From Ignavibacteriales bacterium (GTDB lineage Bacteria; Bacteroidota; Ignavibacteria; UBA10030; UBA8401): a stretch of DNA of 64,000 bases. The position numbers and the translations under genes are program-made. This document shows positions 18,709 through 28,738 of this stretch, piece after piece; the first letter of the stretch is position 1; each line of letters opens with the position of its first letter. The notes beneath the pieces are model-generated. The model searched no databases and was not told the origin of the DNA. It saw only the letters and a list, made by a program, of their open reading frames with translations. The DNA lies in contig JACPGG010000032.1 in NCBI GenBank assembly GCA_016182545.1, positions 8,816 to 72,815 of the forward strand, in the 5' to 3' direction.

Positions 18709-19878
18709 TCAAAACGAAATTTTCAATCCCATGCCGATCTCAAACCCGCTGATCTCGTAGAATGAATCGTCGATCGTGATATTGCCGAATGAATACCGGA
18801 TGTTCAACGTCGGGAACAAAATGTCCGAAACGATGAACACAAAGTCCGCACCTGCCGAACCGATCTCTGCATTCCCCGATTCGACCAGTTGACCGCCTAA
18901 TTGAAATTGATCGGGTGTATAATATTTTGCCTCCAGGACCGCACTCCCGACCAACCACTCGTTCAATTGGTGCGTCAATGAGTATTGCCCTTCTGCCTGC
19001 AATCCGGCGTCAAATTTTGTTGATACCGAGTCAGTGATGGATGTATTCTGCAACCGATATCGAACGCGCGAACTCAACTGATGATTGTATGCCCCGGTCT
19101 TCAAGGAGTAGACAGCGAACATGATAGCACGCGGTCCTGATTGAAATATTTTTTTTCCGTCCAATTTATCTTCCAGAAAGTATGTACCCGAAACATCGAA
19201 TGAGAATCGCGCCTCTTTTGAAAATGTGATAAAATCAAGCCCGACATTAACCGATACTTCGTCTCCCGCATCATATGTAATGCTTGCTGCCTCAATCGGT
19301 TCATAGGAGCCTTTATATGCAAATGAAGTCCCGACGCCAAAGACGAGGCGACGTGTAAACGCTGTTGCATAGGCAATCCCAACATTGCCCCCAAATCCTT
19401 GACCGAATACCGGTACCTTCATTCCGAGTGCCGCCTGAGAAATTATTGTCGATGTTTTCAATTCTGTATTTGATAATTTTGTTTTCCCTGTCGGGATACT
19501 TGCACCGGCTGCGATCCAAAATTTCTCTCCGGGGAGTACGTACGATAAAGAAATTCTCGTATCCGCTATTCCCTGTAATTCAGATGTATCTGCAGTCGTC
19601 ATCCCGGCTGAATTTGCAACTGCCAATAACATCCGATTCGAAATCGGAACTGCAATTGACAGCGGTGCTGACTGTTGGGACACGGTGCCGTAGCCCGACA
19701 ACGTATATTGCTGCTGGACTGCACCGGTCGTAACCCCTGTTGCCCCACGAAAAAGCATTTTATCGTCGTATCCCGGTTTGGCTATTTGGGCGTAGAGCGA
19801 ATTCAAGAGAAGAATCCCTGGTAAAAGAACAGCCCAAATATGGAGAGAGCGGAGTTTGAAAGATGTAATAATCATCAC
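18709..19878 (-). CDS. Outer-membrane beta-barrel protein (uncharacterised)
   Basis: Signal peptide, alternating amphipathic beta-strand pattern and a C-terminal …GLKISF with terminal Phe typical of OMPs. Confidence 0.5.
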   Translation of the reverse strand: MMIITSFKLRSLHIWAVLLPGILLLNSLYAQIAKPGYDDKMLFRGATGVTTGAVQQQYTLSGYGTVSQQSAPLSIAVPISNRMLLAVANSAGMTTADTSELQGIADTRISLSYVLPGEKFWIAAGASIPTGKTKLSNTELKTSTIISQAALGMKVPVFGQGFGGNVGIAYATAFTRRLVFGVGTSFAYKGSYEPIEAASITYDAGDEVSVNVGLDFITFSKEARFSFDVSGTYFLEDKLDGKKIFQSGPRAIMFAVYSLKTGAYNHQLSSRVRYRLQNTSITDSVSTKFDAGLQAEGQYSLTHQLNEWLVGSAVLEAKYYTPDQFQLGGQLVESGNAEIGSAGADFVFIVSDILFPTLNIRYSFGNITIDDSFYEISGFEIGMGLKISF

Positions 19879-19887
19879 ATTTAATGG

Positions 19888-22800
19888 TTATTTGATGAGC
19901 GTCATCTTCTTAACGTTTGTGTAATTATTTGCCTGTAATCTATAGTAATAAACACCACTTGCAACAGCTTTTTTGCCATCATCAGTACCATTCCAGGCGA
20001 CAACATACGTGCCAATCGGCTGGAATTCCTGAACAAGTGATTTTACTCTTTGCCCTAACGTATTGAAAATCTCCAACTTAACATGAGAACTGTTTGAGAG
20101 TGAATACCGTATCGAGGTCGCCGGATTGAACGGGTTGGGAAAATTTTGCGCAAGAGAGTATTCGAGGGGAATGATCGGGATGCCGTTTGTATTCGATTCT
20201 ACAAATTGTTGATTCCCGACCAGGATCCGAATTTCCTTTGATTGTTCCTTCTTGTCAAACGTCAATACATGAGAAAGAGATTGAGTGACTTCATGCACCC
20301 GTTCTTTCGATACATGAAGTATAAAAATTTTAAAATCGGAAGGGAGGGTACCGATCTTATTCAAAACGATAGTAACAGGGATCCCGGAGGTACTCGATGA
20401 TACATTGATATCCCAATATTGTCCTTCACGGGAGAGCGGTTTATAATCTGCCGCGAGCCGATCGCCATTATTTCTGATCGAAAGGGAGAGATAATCTGTC
20501 GGCGCGGTCGGCGGTTCGGAAAAATCTTCATCATCAATGCCGTCAACCGAATTGTTCAACATACCGATATAGTTCAGTTCATCGGATCCTCTCTTCGACA
20601 GTGCAGAAATTTGAAGTTTCCATTCTTGCGGTTCGAGATTTCTCTCCGGATCACTTTTCGGCAACGAAGATGTGGATGTCAATTGCGTAGAACTGATCTT
20701 GATCGTTTTTGCAGTCTTTCCTCTGTTCTTGATGAAATATCCTTTGAACGGTTTCATCACCGACGATGTCGTGTCGAACTCCTTGTCGAAGAACCATAAC
20801 ACGCGCTCAACACTATCCGCTTTGAAAGAATTTGTCCAGCTGACCTCATACGGAAACGGATTGCCGATCATATTGTAACCCGGCTGCAGCAGGATCTCGA
20901 AATCCTCTTCCGTTCCTTGTACTTCCGTCGTACCGAAATTGACTTCGATGGATTGTTTCGTGATCAACCAGTATCCCTCTCCTCGCCGGATCGATTTGAA
21001 GTCTTCCGGAAATTCCGCGTACGCCCCTCTTTTGTCGTTCCATTTCCCAAACATTCTCCATACAAGATCGTTCGGCGGTCCGAGATCTTTAAAAAGCGCA
21101 AGTACGGAAGAGTCTGTAAAATTGTACGGGATGCTGATAAGTTTGTACGCTTCCTGCGGTGTCGGCTCCGGAAGTTGAGCGAGTAGATTGTCCACCAGTC
21201 CGAATATATTGAATGCAAACCGAAGGTTATTCCCGCCGAAAATTCCGTACGGTTTCGTCGTATCATCCAGATCTCCGTTCCACCAGATATCATAGTCCGA
21301 TATGACGATGATCTTCCCCTTCCCGACTTGCGAATATGCGGCAATGGGAGCAAATAAAATAGGCGTTACGGAAGAATCAAGAGAGTTGACCGAGACGAGG
21401 TCCGGCGATCGTGCGGCAAGAAGAGGAATGACATTGTTCACGGTCGTGTCAATCTTCAAACTTCCGGGAGCGAATAAGACGACGCTGTCGATTCCGTACG
21501 TGAGAACATTCTTGGTGACAGGATATGCAGCAACATAACCGGCTAGAGAGGAATCTTTCAATGATATATCTGCGATAAGATCCGTATTGAATTGAATCCC
21601 TATTTTCACGTTGTGCTTTTTCCACGTCGTGTCGTGCAGGAACAGATTAAATGTCGAGGCTGATTGTATTCCAAAGTCTCCCAATGCAACAATCGTTCCT
21701 CCGTTGAGGACAAATTTCTGGAGCGAGTCTATGTCCTTACTCTGGGGGGGACCTTCAGGCTGAACATAAACCGCTGCGTTGTAATTGGAAAATGGAATCA
21801 ACTGAGTCGTATCGACTTTGATATCGGCGCGCTCCAGACTCAATTTCAAAAGATTAAAGTATTCAAACTGCCGCGAACTGTCATGTGCAACGAAACCTAC
21901 GTCATCGAACAACACTCGACGAGTTTTAAAATTCCGCGCCACTCCTGTTCCCTGGAAACGCAACTTCACTCCGGGAAATCTTGGATCGGTGGTCGTGAAA
22001 ACCATGTATGTCTGCTTTACGCCGGTCGACGCAGGAGTAAAACGGACGGGAAGCAACACAGATTGTCCGGTATCGATAACAACCGCTGCGCCTCCTTCGT
22101 ACTTGAACGATGCCGTATCCGAATTGCCGATGTAGTTCAATGTAATTGCTTTCAATCCAAACAGGTTATCCACTTCGAATTCAACGACTGAATCTTTCCC
22201 AACGGTCACAGAACCGAAATCGTACGTGAATTTCTCCAGCGAGTACCGCTCAAATGAATGACCGCGCAGAATGAATTGTAAGGAATCGAGAACGTCATCT
22301 GTCGTTCGAAATCGCAATACCGCCGTTTTGTTCCCAGCGAGCTTCGGAGAGAATTGTACTTGAAACGAAACAAACGAACCTTTTGGTATATCAAAATTAT
22401 CGGGACCAAGAATATGAAATGCGTTGGTGTCCGTTAATCCCGTAAATTGTACGATCACATTGCGTGCCCCCAGTGTGTTGCGCATGAAGACATTCAATGT
22501 CGTGTCCTTCCCTACTTGGATACTTCCAAAATTATATTCCGTTGTATCGACCGTCAGTTTAGATCTATCATTCAGTTCGATCTTATATCCCCCTTGTTCA
22601 CTCCCGACAAAATAAATATTGGCATCTTCGGCATGTGAACCGAGCAGATAGAACGGTTCTTGAGGTTGGGGATTCACGAGAATTTTCCATGTTGTGCCGC
22701 CGTCCGAGGTGGCAAAAATTCCTCCCGGTCCTGAAGCAATGACTCGCTTTGGATCAAACCTGTCATACTGCACATCATACACAGGGAGCGGTTGATTCAA

Positions 22801-24684
22801 TGAATCCCACGAACCACCACCGTTCGTCGTTCTGAATAATCTGAATGGTTGTCCTTGCGCTTCACCGTATACGGTGGAAAGAAAAATCTCTTTATTGTTT
22901 TGCGGATTCACAGTCGGGCTGAGCATTTCTATCGCAACCGGACCGCCAAGTGCGTTTGGGACCCCCTGCTTAGGCAGATTTGATGAAATATTAAAATCCC
23001 ACGTCAGCCCCAGATTTGTCGATTTATAAATGCCGTTGCCAGTAAAATATACAGTGAGTGAATCGATCGGATCGAATTCAATATTCTCCGGAATATGAAC
23101 TGTATCAAAACCGGGTGGTGATTGTCTATATGTCCATGTTTGTCCGCCATTGGTGCTGACATTGAGACCATAGGCACCGGCGTAGAACATGATCAAATCC
23201 GGATTTTTGGGTGAGATACGTATCGTCATATCGTTCTCACGTGTCGAATACTTATTCCATTTGACGATCTTTGTCGAATCGGGCACATACAGCGCCTGCC
23301 ACGATACACCGGCATTTGTTGAGCGATAAATCGTATAGGCAGATCCTGCATATACCATATTTCGTTTATCATCAGTAACAACGGCAGTAACGTAAGGATT
23401 TGTCAATCCAATGTTTGCCGATTGCCAATTCACCCCATCATCGGTTGACCGTTGAACACCACCGCCGAAGACGCCAGCGAAAATCAACGGCGTGCTGTTG
23501 GCAGTTGTCAGTGATGCAATATTTCTGATGATACGATTTCTAATGCCGCCATTCTTCTCCAGCCAGTTTTGCCCATCGTCTGTGCTGATAAAAACCCCAT
23601 TTGTAGTTCCAATGTAGATCTTTTGCCGATTCACACTCTTGGTTGGAATAAAAATCGATGTAATATCTCCCGTAAGCTGAGGAAATTTATTTTGAATGAT
23701 GCTGAAATTTGAAATTGTTCCGAAGTTGGAGCTTATCTTGAAAATACCATTGCTCGACCCCGATTGTTTTGGCGGTCCATCATAATCCGAAGCATTGGAT
23801 GCGATGTACAGATCGAATATATGTTTCAAAGAAAGGGTATCGAATCTTTCATACCGCAATTTCCCCGATGTCACGACTCCGCGAATCGGAAAATTGACAT
23901 CACTCCGTTTGATAGATTGCCATGTCGCGCCGAATTGATCTGTTTGAAGTCCATACACTCCGTCTGCAGTACCGATGAGGATACGGTAATCGGTTTTCCC
24001 CAGACCTGTTGAATCAATTTCAATAGTATAAATTTTTCTTGCGTCACCTTTTGGTAAACCGGGTATAAAAGGATTCCATGTCGTACCGCCGTTTGCAGTG
24101 AAGAATACTCCAATTGTATCTTCAAATCCCGTTGTAGCAGCGACACGCATGGTTGATAGGATATTGTCGCCCGGGTGGATCGAGATTCTAAAAATCGGTC
24201 TATTGCCGAAATATGCACCATCTTTCATCGGCTGCCAGGTATTTCCTCCGTCTGTAGAACGTAACACCCCGCCATCATCGGAACCGAACAACACAGAAGG
24301 AAGACTTGGCGCATACTGGACGGAATATTTTGGAGTCGGGGATCCTTGCACGGCAATCCAACTCAAACCTTTGTCGGCGCTGCGATATAGTCCAAACGAT
24401 GTAGGGAGAAGGATGGTATCTGAGGATAAGGGATGAAACGTCAGATCATGTATGACAGCTTGATTCGATTGAATTGCAGGTATATCAATTTTCGTCCATG
24501 AATCTCCTCCGTCTGATGATCGATAGAGATCTCGCTCACGCACGATCGCAATGACAACATCATCGGTCAAAGATCCTTGAAGATGGGAAATGACTCCCCC
24601 TTCGGGACCCAATGGAGAAATACTCGCTGTTTGAGAATAGAGAATGCTGCTCAACAGCATGACAAACGGAACGAATGTTTTCAT
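19888..24684 (-). CDS. Giant secreted BNR/Asp-box beta-propeller protein (sortilin/Ycf48-like repeats) with Ig-like domains and a T9SS C-terminal sorting domain
   Basis: 1598 aa with a signal peptide. It carries many S-x-D-x-G-x-T/S-W Asp-box motifs (SSDGGDSW, STDGGNTWQ, TANGGTTWNPF, STDDGQNW, STNGGQTW, TSDGGTTW…) and two ASH/choice-of-anchor-like Ig-fold repeats. The terminal ~80 aa are a T9SS-type CTD (…VKLEIFNTLGQRV…GVYYYRLQANNYTNVKKMTLIK). Confidence 0.75.
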   Translation of the reverse strand: MKTFVPFVMLLSSILYSQTASISPLGPEGGVISHLQGSLTDDVVIAIVRERDLYRSSDGGDSWTKIDIPAIQSNQAVIHDLTFHPLSSDTILLPTSFGLYRSADKGLSWIAVQGSPTPKYSVQYAPSLPSVLFGSDDGGVLRSTDGGNTWQPMKDGAYFGNRPIFRISIHPGDNILSTMRVAATTGFEDTIGVFFTANGGTTWNPFIPGLPKGDARKIYTIEIDSTGLGKTDYRILIGTADGVYGLQTDQFGATWQSIKRSDVNFPIRGVVTSGKLRYERFDTLSLKHIFDLYIASNASDYDGPPKQSGSSNGIFKISSNFGTISNFSIIQNKFPQLTGDITSIFIPTKSVNRQKIYIGTTNGVFISTDDGQNWLEKNGGIRNRIIRNIASLTTANSTPLIFAGVFGGGVQRSTDDGVNWQSANIGLTNPYVTAVVTDDKRNMVYAGSAYTIYRSTNAGVSWQALYVPDSTKIVKWNKYSTRENDMTIRISPKNPDLIMFYAGAYGLNVSTNGGQTWTYRQSPPGFDTVHIPENIEFDPIDSLTVYFTGNGIYKSTNLGLTWDFNISSNLPKQGVPNALGGPVAIEMLSPTVNPQNNKEIFLSTVYGEAQGQPFRLFRTTNGGGSWDSLNQPLPVYDVQYDRFDPKRVIASGPGGIFATSDGGTTWKILVNPQPQEPFYLLGSHAEDANIYFVGSEQGGYKIELNDRSKLTVDTTEYNFGSIQVGKDTTLNVFMRNTLGARNVIVQFTGLTDTNAFHILGPDNFDIPKGSFVSFQVQFSPKLAGNKTAVLRFRTTDDVLDSLQFILRGHSFERYSLEKFTYDFGSVTVGKDSVVEFEVDNLFGLKAITLNYIGNSDTASFKYEGGAAVVIDTGQSVLLPVRFTPASTGVKQTYMVFTTTDPRFPGVKLRFQGTGVARNFKTRRVLFDDVGFVAHDSSRQFEYFNLLKLSLERADIKVDTTQLIPFSNYNAAVYVQPEGPPQSKDIDSLQKFVLNGGTIVALGDFGIQSASTFNLFLHDTTWKKHNVKIGIQFNTDLIADISLKDSSLAGYVAAYPVTKNVLTYGIDSVVLFAPGSLKIDTTVNNVIPLLAARSPDLVSVNSLDSSVTPILFAPIAAYSQVGKGKIIVISDYDIWWNGDLDDTTKPYGIFGGNNLRFAFNIFGLVDNLLAQLPEPTPQEAYKLISIPYNFTDSSVLALFKDLGPPNDLVWRMFGKWNDKRGAYAEFPEDFKSIRRGEGYWLITKQSIEVNFGTTEVQGTEEDFEILLQPGYNMIGNPFPYEVSWTNSFKADSVERVLWFFDKEFDTTSSVMKPFKGYFIKNRGKTAKTIKISSTQLTSTSSLPKSDPERNLEPQEWKLQISALSKRGSDELNYIGMLNNSVDGIDDEDFSEPPTAPTDYLSLSIRNNGDRLAADYKPLSREGQYWDINVSSSTSGIPVTIVLNKIGTLPSDFKIFILHVSKERVHEVTQSLSHVLTFDKKEQSKEIRILVGNQQFVESNTNGIPIIPLEYSLAQNFPNPFNPATSIRYSLSNSSHVKLEIFNTLGQRVKSLVQEFQPIGTYVVAWNGTDDGKKAVASGVYYYRLQANNYTNVKKMTLIK

Positions 24685-24687
24685 GAA

Positions 24688-26085
24688 TTAATTTACCGGC
24701 GGCTTCGGCGGTTCGGGGAGCGGTCGCGAAATAACCGGCGGCGGTTGGTTCTGGTTGCCGGTACCCGGATTCAAATTATTATTGATGTTGCCGATCAAGT
24801 TATTGAGCCTGTCACCAATGCTCCCTCCCCCGGGGCGATTGATCGGATTGCTGGATGGTACCAATGTCGGAGGTGATAAGCTCAATGGAGAACTTGAGGT
24901 TGACGTACTGCTTGTTGATACTGTATTGGGTTGCTGATTGTTTTCAGATTGTTGTTGGCTGCCGGATTGTTCCGTCGTTGGTCCGACAATTTGTTCGGAT
25001 TTCTTAGCGGATGATGCGCTGGTTTTTGCCTGAGAAAAATTCGGATCTGTTATCGCCGCCTGGGAATACGCTTCATACGCCTGTGTGTACATACCTCTGT
25101 CTTCATAATCCAAGCCGCGCGAATATTGAAGGAATGCAAAAAAGTTCTCTGTTGGGATTTCAAGAATCGCTTCACGTTCTTCATCGGTGAGTTTGATCTT
25201 CATTTCTTCGATGAGTTTGAAGACGAGATCTTTTTCAAGACGGAAGAAATCTTTGATGTTGCCCGAAATATTCGTTGTTACATCCAATTGACCTGTCTTC
25301 GTCTGTGCCACAAATGCATCGATGTTGACCTTGTCATCCTTAAGTTCAAAATATGAACCTTTCACCAAACGATATGCCCCAAGCAAGTTACCAAGCCGCG
25401 GAGCGGTCTTTTGATCCACAAGATCGGTTTCTCCGAGGTTCATTTCCTGTATCAGTTGTTGAAGCCGTATCCGCTCTATCACTTTTAAAGACCTTACCTT
25501 TGAAAGATCGGTGATGATCATCTCTGCCAGTCCTTTTTGCAACGGATTCAGTTCAGCCTTTTGTCCTTTATTTTCAAAATAGAGTATTGCAACGGTGTTG
25601 GAAGGAATTTTCGAGACATCAAGTTGCTTCTCCATTTGAAGTGCGCGTTGCGCTTCAATCTCCATTTGTTGACGGTACAATAATTTTATCCTGGACTCGA
25701 CCAGTTCTCTATACTCCCCGAAGAAGGTCAATTCGTTGTACAAACGGTAATTCTGTATCGCCTTGTTGTAGTCTTTGCTTGCTTCATAACTTGCAGCCAA
25801 ATAATACGCTGCCTGATCGTCTTCATCATCCATCTTCAAAACTTTGTCAAATGTCTTTATCGCTTCAGCATATTGCTTTTTGTTATAGAGGGCAATCCCC
25901 ATGAGCCGATGATATTCTGCCTCATTGGGTTCCAGAACAACGGCACGCCGCATGCGGGCAAGAGCTTCGTCGTTGCGACCTTGTTCAATAAGTGATGTGG
26001 TGATATCTGTTAGAGAGGGACCGCAGGAAACCAGAAAAAATGCCGTGAAAAGAGATGGAAATGCAAGGCGTGTTATGCTATTCAT
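24688..26085 (-). CDS. TPR + CsgG-like domain lipoprotein with Q/N/S/T/P-rich low-complexity C-terminal tail
   Basis: Lipobox LVSCG and TPR repeats. The CsgG-like core (NTVAILYFENKGQKAELNPLQKGLAEMIITDLSKVRSLKVIERIRLQQLIQEMNLGETDL…LLGAYRLVKGSY) is paralogous to 17900..18664. It ends in a tail of about 90 aa rich in Q/N/S/T/P. Confidence 0.6.
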   Translation of the reverse strand: MNSITRLAFPSLFTAFFLVSCGPSLTDITTSLIEQGRNDEALARMRRAVVLEPNEAEYHRLMGIALYNKKQYAEAIKTFDKVLKMDDEDDQAAYYLAASYEASKDYNKAIQNYRLYNELTFFGEYRELVESRIKLLYRQQMEIEAQRALQMEKQLDVSKIPSNTVAILYFENKGQKAELNPLQKGLAEMIITDLSKVRSLKVIERIRLQQLIQEMNLGETDLVDQKTAPRLGNLLGAYRLVKGSYFELKDDKVNIDAFVAQTKTGQLDVTTNISGNIKDFFRLEKDLVFKLIEEMKIKLTDEEREAILEIPTENFFAFLQYSRGLDYEDRGMYTQAYEAYSQAAITDPNFSQAKTSASSAKKSEQIVGPTTEQSGSQQQSENNQQPNTVSTSSTSTSSSPLSLSPPTLVPSSNPINRPGGGSIGDRLNNLIGNINNNLNPGTGNQNQPPPVISRPLPEPPKPPVN

Positions 26086-26273
26086 GGATAAACTCCAGAT
26101 TCTCACACGAATATTGTAAAATTTGCAGCAGTAGTCAACAAATCTCATAGAGTCTCACTATTTTAAAGAGTTTTAGCGGGGTAATCGATGAATACTGTGC
26201 ACAACAAACAGTACTTTGCACTCTAATGCCGTACGGAATATCACAGGTTCCCCTTTATTGTGATATACAGCGA

Positions 26274-26756
26274 TTATTCTTCCTCGCCGCCCCCCATAAG
26301 TTCTTCAGCAGCAGATTGAGCCCATGCGGCAAGCGTATCACGCTCAGCATCAGTGAGATCTGCTTCGGGATGAAGGGGTATATATTTGGGGAGAGGCATC
26401 TCCTTTTCTTTCACCGCACTGTTGATACCTCCCAAAATACTCGCCTTCTTTGACATGCGGTATTTTCCCCACTCGGACATATTGAAATGTTTTCGTCCTT
26501 CCGAAACATCGTACGAAACAAGCCACGAAGCAGGTGCAACATAAGCATAGAATGGCCAACGGGTTTCATTGGAATGACAATCATAGCAGCCGCGATCGAG
26601 CAATGAAACTATGTTCGCCGGCACATTCAATTCCGCCTGCATTGTCATTGCAGGATCAAATTGCGGGTTGTCCCTATTCGGTTGAATGAACTGGATCAAA
26701 ACAAAGATAACACAGGTAACAACGAAAAATACCTTCACAATGTGCTTGTACTTCAT
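26274..26756 (-). CDS. Haem-binding domain protein (CxxCH, membrane-anchored)
   Basis: N-terminal TM, then CYDCHSNETRWPFYAYVAPASW, the haem-binding-domain family signature. Confidence 0.6.
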   Translation of the reverse strand: MKYKHIVKVFFVVTCVIFVLIQFIQPNRDNPQFDPAMTMQAELNVPANIVSLLDRGCYDCHSNETRWPFYAYVAPASWLVSYDVSEGRKHFNMSEWGKYRMSKKASILGGINSAVKEKEMPLPKYIPLHPEADLTDAERDTLAAWAQSAAEELMGGGEEE

Positions 26757-26894
26757 GACTGACCTTTGAGTGGTTTGGGTTGGCTGAGAGAATATGAACA
26801 AACTCGAATAAAATTGCAAACTCTTACATCACACTTCCTTGCCTCTACGGTTATCCTTTCTTATTATTGACTATCATTAACATTGGAGTTATGA

Positions 26895-28259
26895 ATGTCT
26901 TTAATGGTCAGCATTTCGGGAATTCGTGGTATTGTTGGAGAGTCGCTCACACCCGAAATCGTGATAAAATACGGCTCCGCATTTGCAGAATACTCAAATC
27001 ATGGTACGATTATTATCGGACGTGACGGACGAAGTACCGGACATTCGATCGCCAATCTTGTCTCTTCCACTCTGCTTCAAAAAGGATGCAATGTCGTTGA
27101 TTTGGGAATCTGCCCGACGCCCACTGTGGGTTTAGCGGTCGAGCGAATGAAAGCAGCAGGCGGCATTGCAATTACAGCAAGCCACAATCCAATGATATGG
27201 AACGGCATGAAGTTCATCGCCGCTACCGGTATGTTCCTGAATGCAAATGAGAACAGAAAATTTTGGTCTCTCGCCGAGCATGGAAACTTCAAGTACTCAG
27301 CTTGGGACAAACAAGGCGACCTGCAGATCAAGACAGAATTCATCAACGAACATATACAAGCGATCCTTTCACTCCCCTATATCGACAAAAAGAAAATCGC
27401 TGCGCGGAAATTCAAAGTGGTCGTCGATTGCGTCAACGCTTCGGGCGGGATCATTGTTCCAAAGTTGCTGCGTGAGTTCGGATGTGATGTGATCGAACTT
27501 CATTGCGATGTGAGGGGCATCTTTGCTCATACACCCGAACCGATCCCGGAAAATCTCACTGAGTTATCTTCTCGTGTCGTACAAGAAAAAGCAGATCTCG
27601 GAATTGCAATTGATCCTGATTCCGACCGGCTCGTATTGATCACGGACAGAGGGATTCCGTTCGTAGAAGAATACACCGTTGTCTCCGCTACAAAATTCGT
27701 CCTCCATGCCGAAAAGAAACTCGGAAAGAACAATCATTCGGTCGTTGTCAATCTTTCTACAACACGCGCTGTAGAAGATGTTGCTGCAGAATACGGGGCA
27801 ACGGTGCTCCGTACACCTGTCGGCGAGATCAATGTCGCATCAAAGATGAAAGAACTCGGTTCGGTCATCGGCGGCGAAGGGAGCGGCGGCGTCATTCTTC
27901 CGCAAGTCCATCTCAGCCGCGACGCTATTGTTGGAGTTGGCTTGTTTTTACAGTTACTGACCGAATTCGGCGGAACCGCATCGGAACTGAAAGCGAGTCT
28001 GCCGCAATATGAGATCGTCAAGAACAAGATCGAACTCGGCTCGATGAAGCCCGACGCAATCCTTGCGAAACTACACGAGAAGTATTCCAAGTCAGAAAGG
28101 ACGAACAACGACGACGGTTTAAAGATTGATTTCGCATCGTCGTGGGTCCACTTGCGCAAATCGAATACTGAACCGATCATCCGCATCATCGCCGAAGCGA
28201 AGACAAAAGATGAAGCGGGAAAATTAGTGGAGCGGTTTCAAAAAGAAATTTTAAATTGA
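26895..28259 (+). CDS. glmM: Phosphoglucosamine mutase / phosphomannomutase family (alpha-D-phosphohexomutase)
   Basis: SGIRGIVGE…active-site TASHNP…four-domain architecture and length (454 aa). Confidence 0.8.
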   Translation: MSLMVSISGIRGIVGESLTPEIVIKYGSAFAEYSNHGTIIIGRDGRSTGHSIANLVSSTLLQKGCNVVDLGICPTPTVGLAVERMKAAGGIAITASHNPMIWNGMKFIAATGMFLNANENRKFWSLAEHGNFKYSAWDKQGDLQIKTEFINEHIQAILSLPYIDKKKIAARKFKVVVDCVNASGGIIVPKLLREFGCDVIELHCDVRGIFAHTPEPIPENLTELSSRVVQEKADLGIAIDPDSDRLVLITDRGIPFVEEYTVVSATKFVLHAEKKLGKNNHSVVVNLSTTRAVEDVAAEYGATVLRTPVGEINVASKMKELGSVIGGEGSGGVILPQVHLSRDAIVGVGLFLQLLTEFGGTASELKASLPQYEIVKNKIELGSMKPDAILAKLHEKYSKSERTNNDDGLKIDFASSWVHLRKSNTEPIIRIIAEAKTKDEAGKLVERFQKEILN

Positions 28260-28283
28260 TAAGAAGCGGATGGAAAAAATTCT

Positions 28284-28433
28284 GTGTCATTCTGAGTCCC
28301 GTTTGTCATGGTGAGCGAAGTCGAACCATGACGGGACGAAGAATCTGATCTCTGGCGGGTATGCATTCCAACACACCGGCAGATTCTTCGGTCGTCCCGA
28401 TTGAATTGCATCGGGACTCCCTCTGAATGACAC
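28284..28433. repeat. About 150-bp nested-palindrome structured repeat (GTGTCATTCTGAGTCCCG … CGGGACTCCCTCTGAATGACAC)
   Basis: Outer arms are complementary. Inner palindromes gtcatggt…accatgac and gggacgaagaatctg…cagattcttcggtcgtccc lie inside. It shares gtcattctgag with the other family copies. Confidence 0.55.
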
Positions 28434-28460
28434 TTCATGGTTGTTTAATTTGAATATACG

Positions 28461-28730
28461 ATGACACTCTGCAAAGTAACCGGTTCCGTTGTCTCCACAC
28501 AAAAAAATCAGACCTTGAAGGAATACAAACTCCTCATCGTTCAGCCGATCGATCTGGACGGCACGCATATCGGCAAAGATATTCTCTCGCTTGATACTGT
28601 CGATGCGGGAGTCGGCGATACGGTGCTGATCATCCAGGAAGGAGCCGGTGCACAGCAGGTGCTGAAACGGAAAGATGTTCCTGTTCATACTGTCATCATC
28701 GCAGTGGTGGACGGGTTTGACGTTGTATAA
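28461..28730 (+). CDS. EutN/CcmL/PduN-family bacterial-microcompartment vertex (pentamer) protein homolog
   Basis: 89 aa: CKVTGSVVSTQK…KLLIVQPID…LSLDTVDAGVGDTVLIIQEGAGAQQVL…VHTVIIAVVDG aligns along the whole length with EutN/CcmL (GTVVSTQK…AVDSVGAGVGEWVLVSRGSAARQ…AAVVAIID). Confidence 0.7.
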   Translation: MTLCKVTGSVVSTQKNQTLKEYKLLIVQPIDLDGTHIGKDILSLDTVDAGVGDTVLIIQEGAGAQQVLKRKDVPVHTVIIAVVDGFDVV

Positions 28731-28738
28731 AAAGAACG

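Noticed and set aside
28287-28688. 133-aa minus-strand ORF overlapping the EutN-like gene
   Set aside because: The plus-strand frame has full-length homology to EutN/CcmL. The minus ORF has none.
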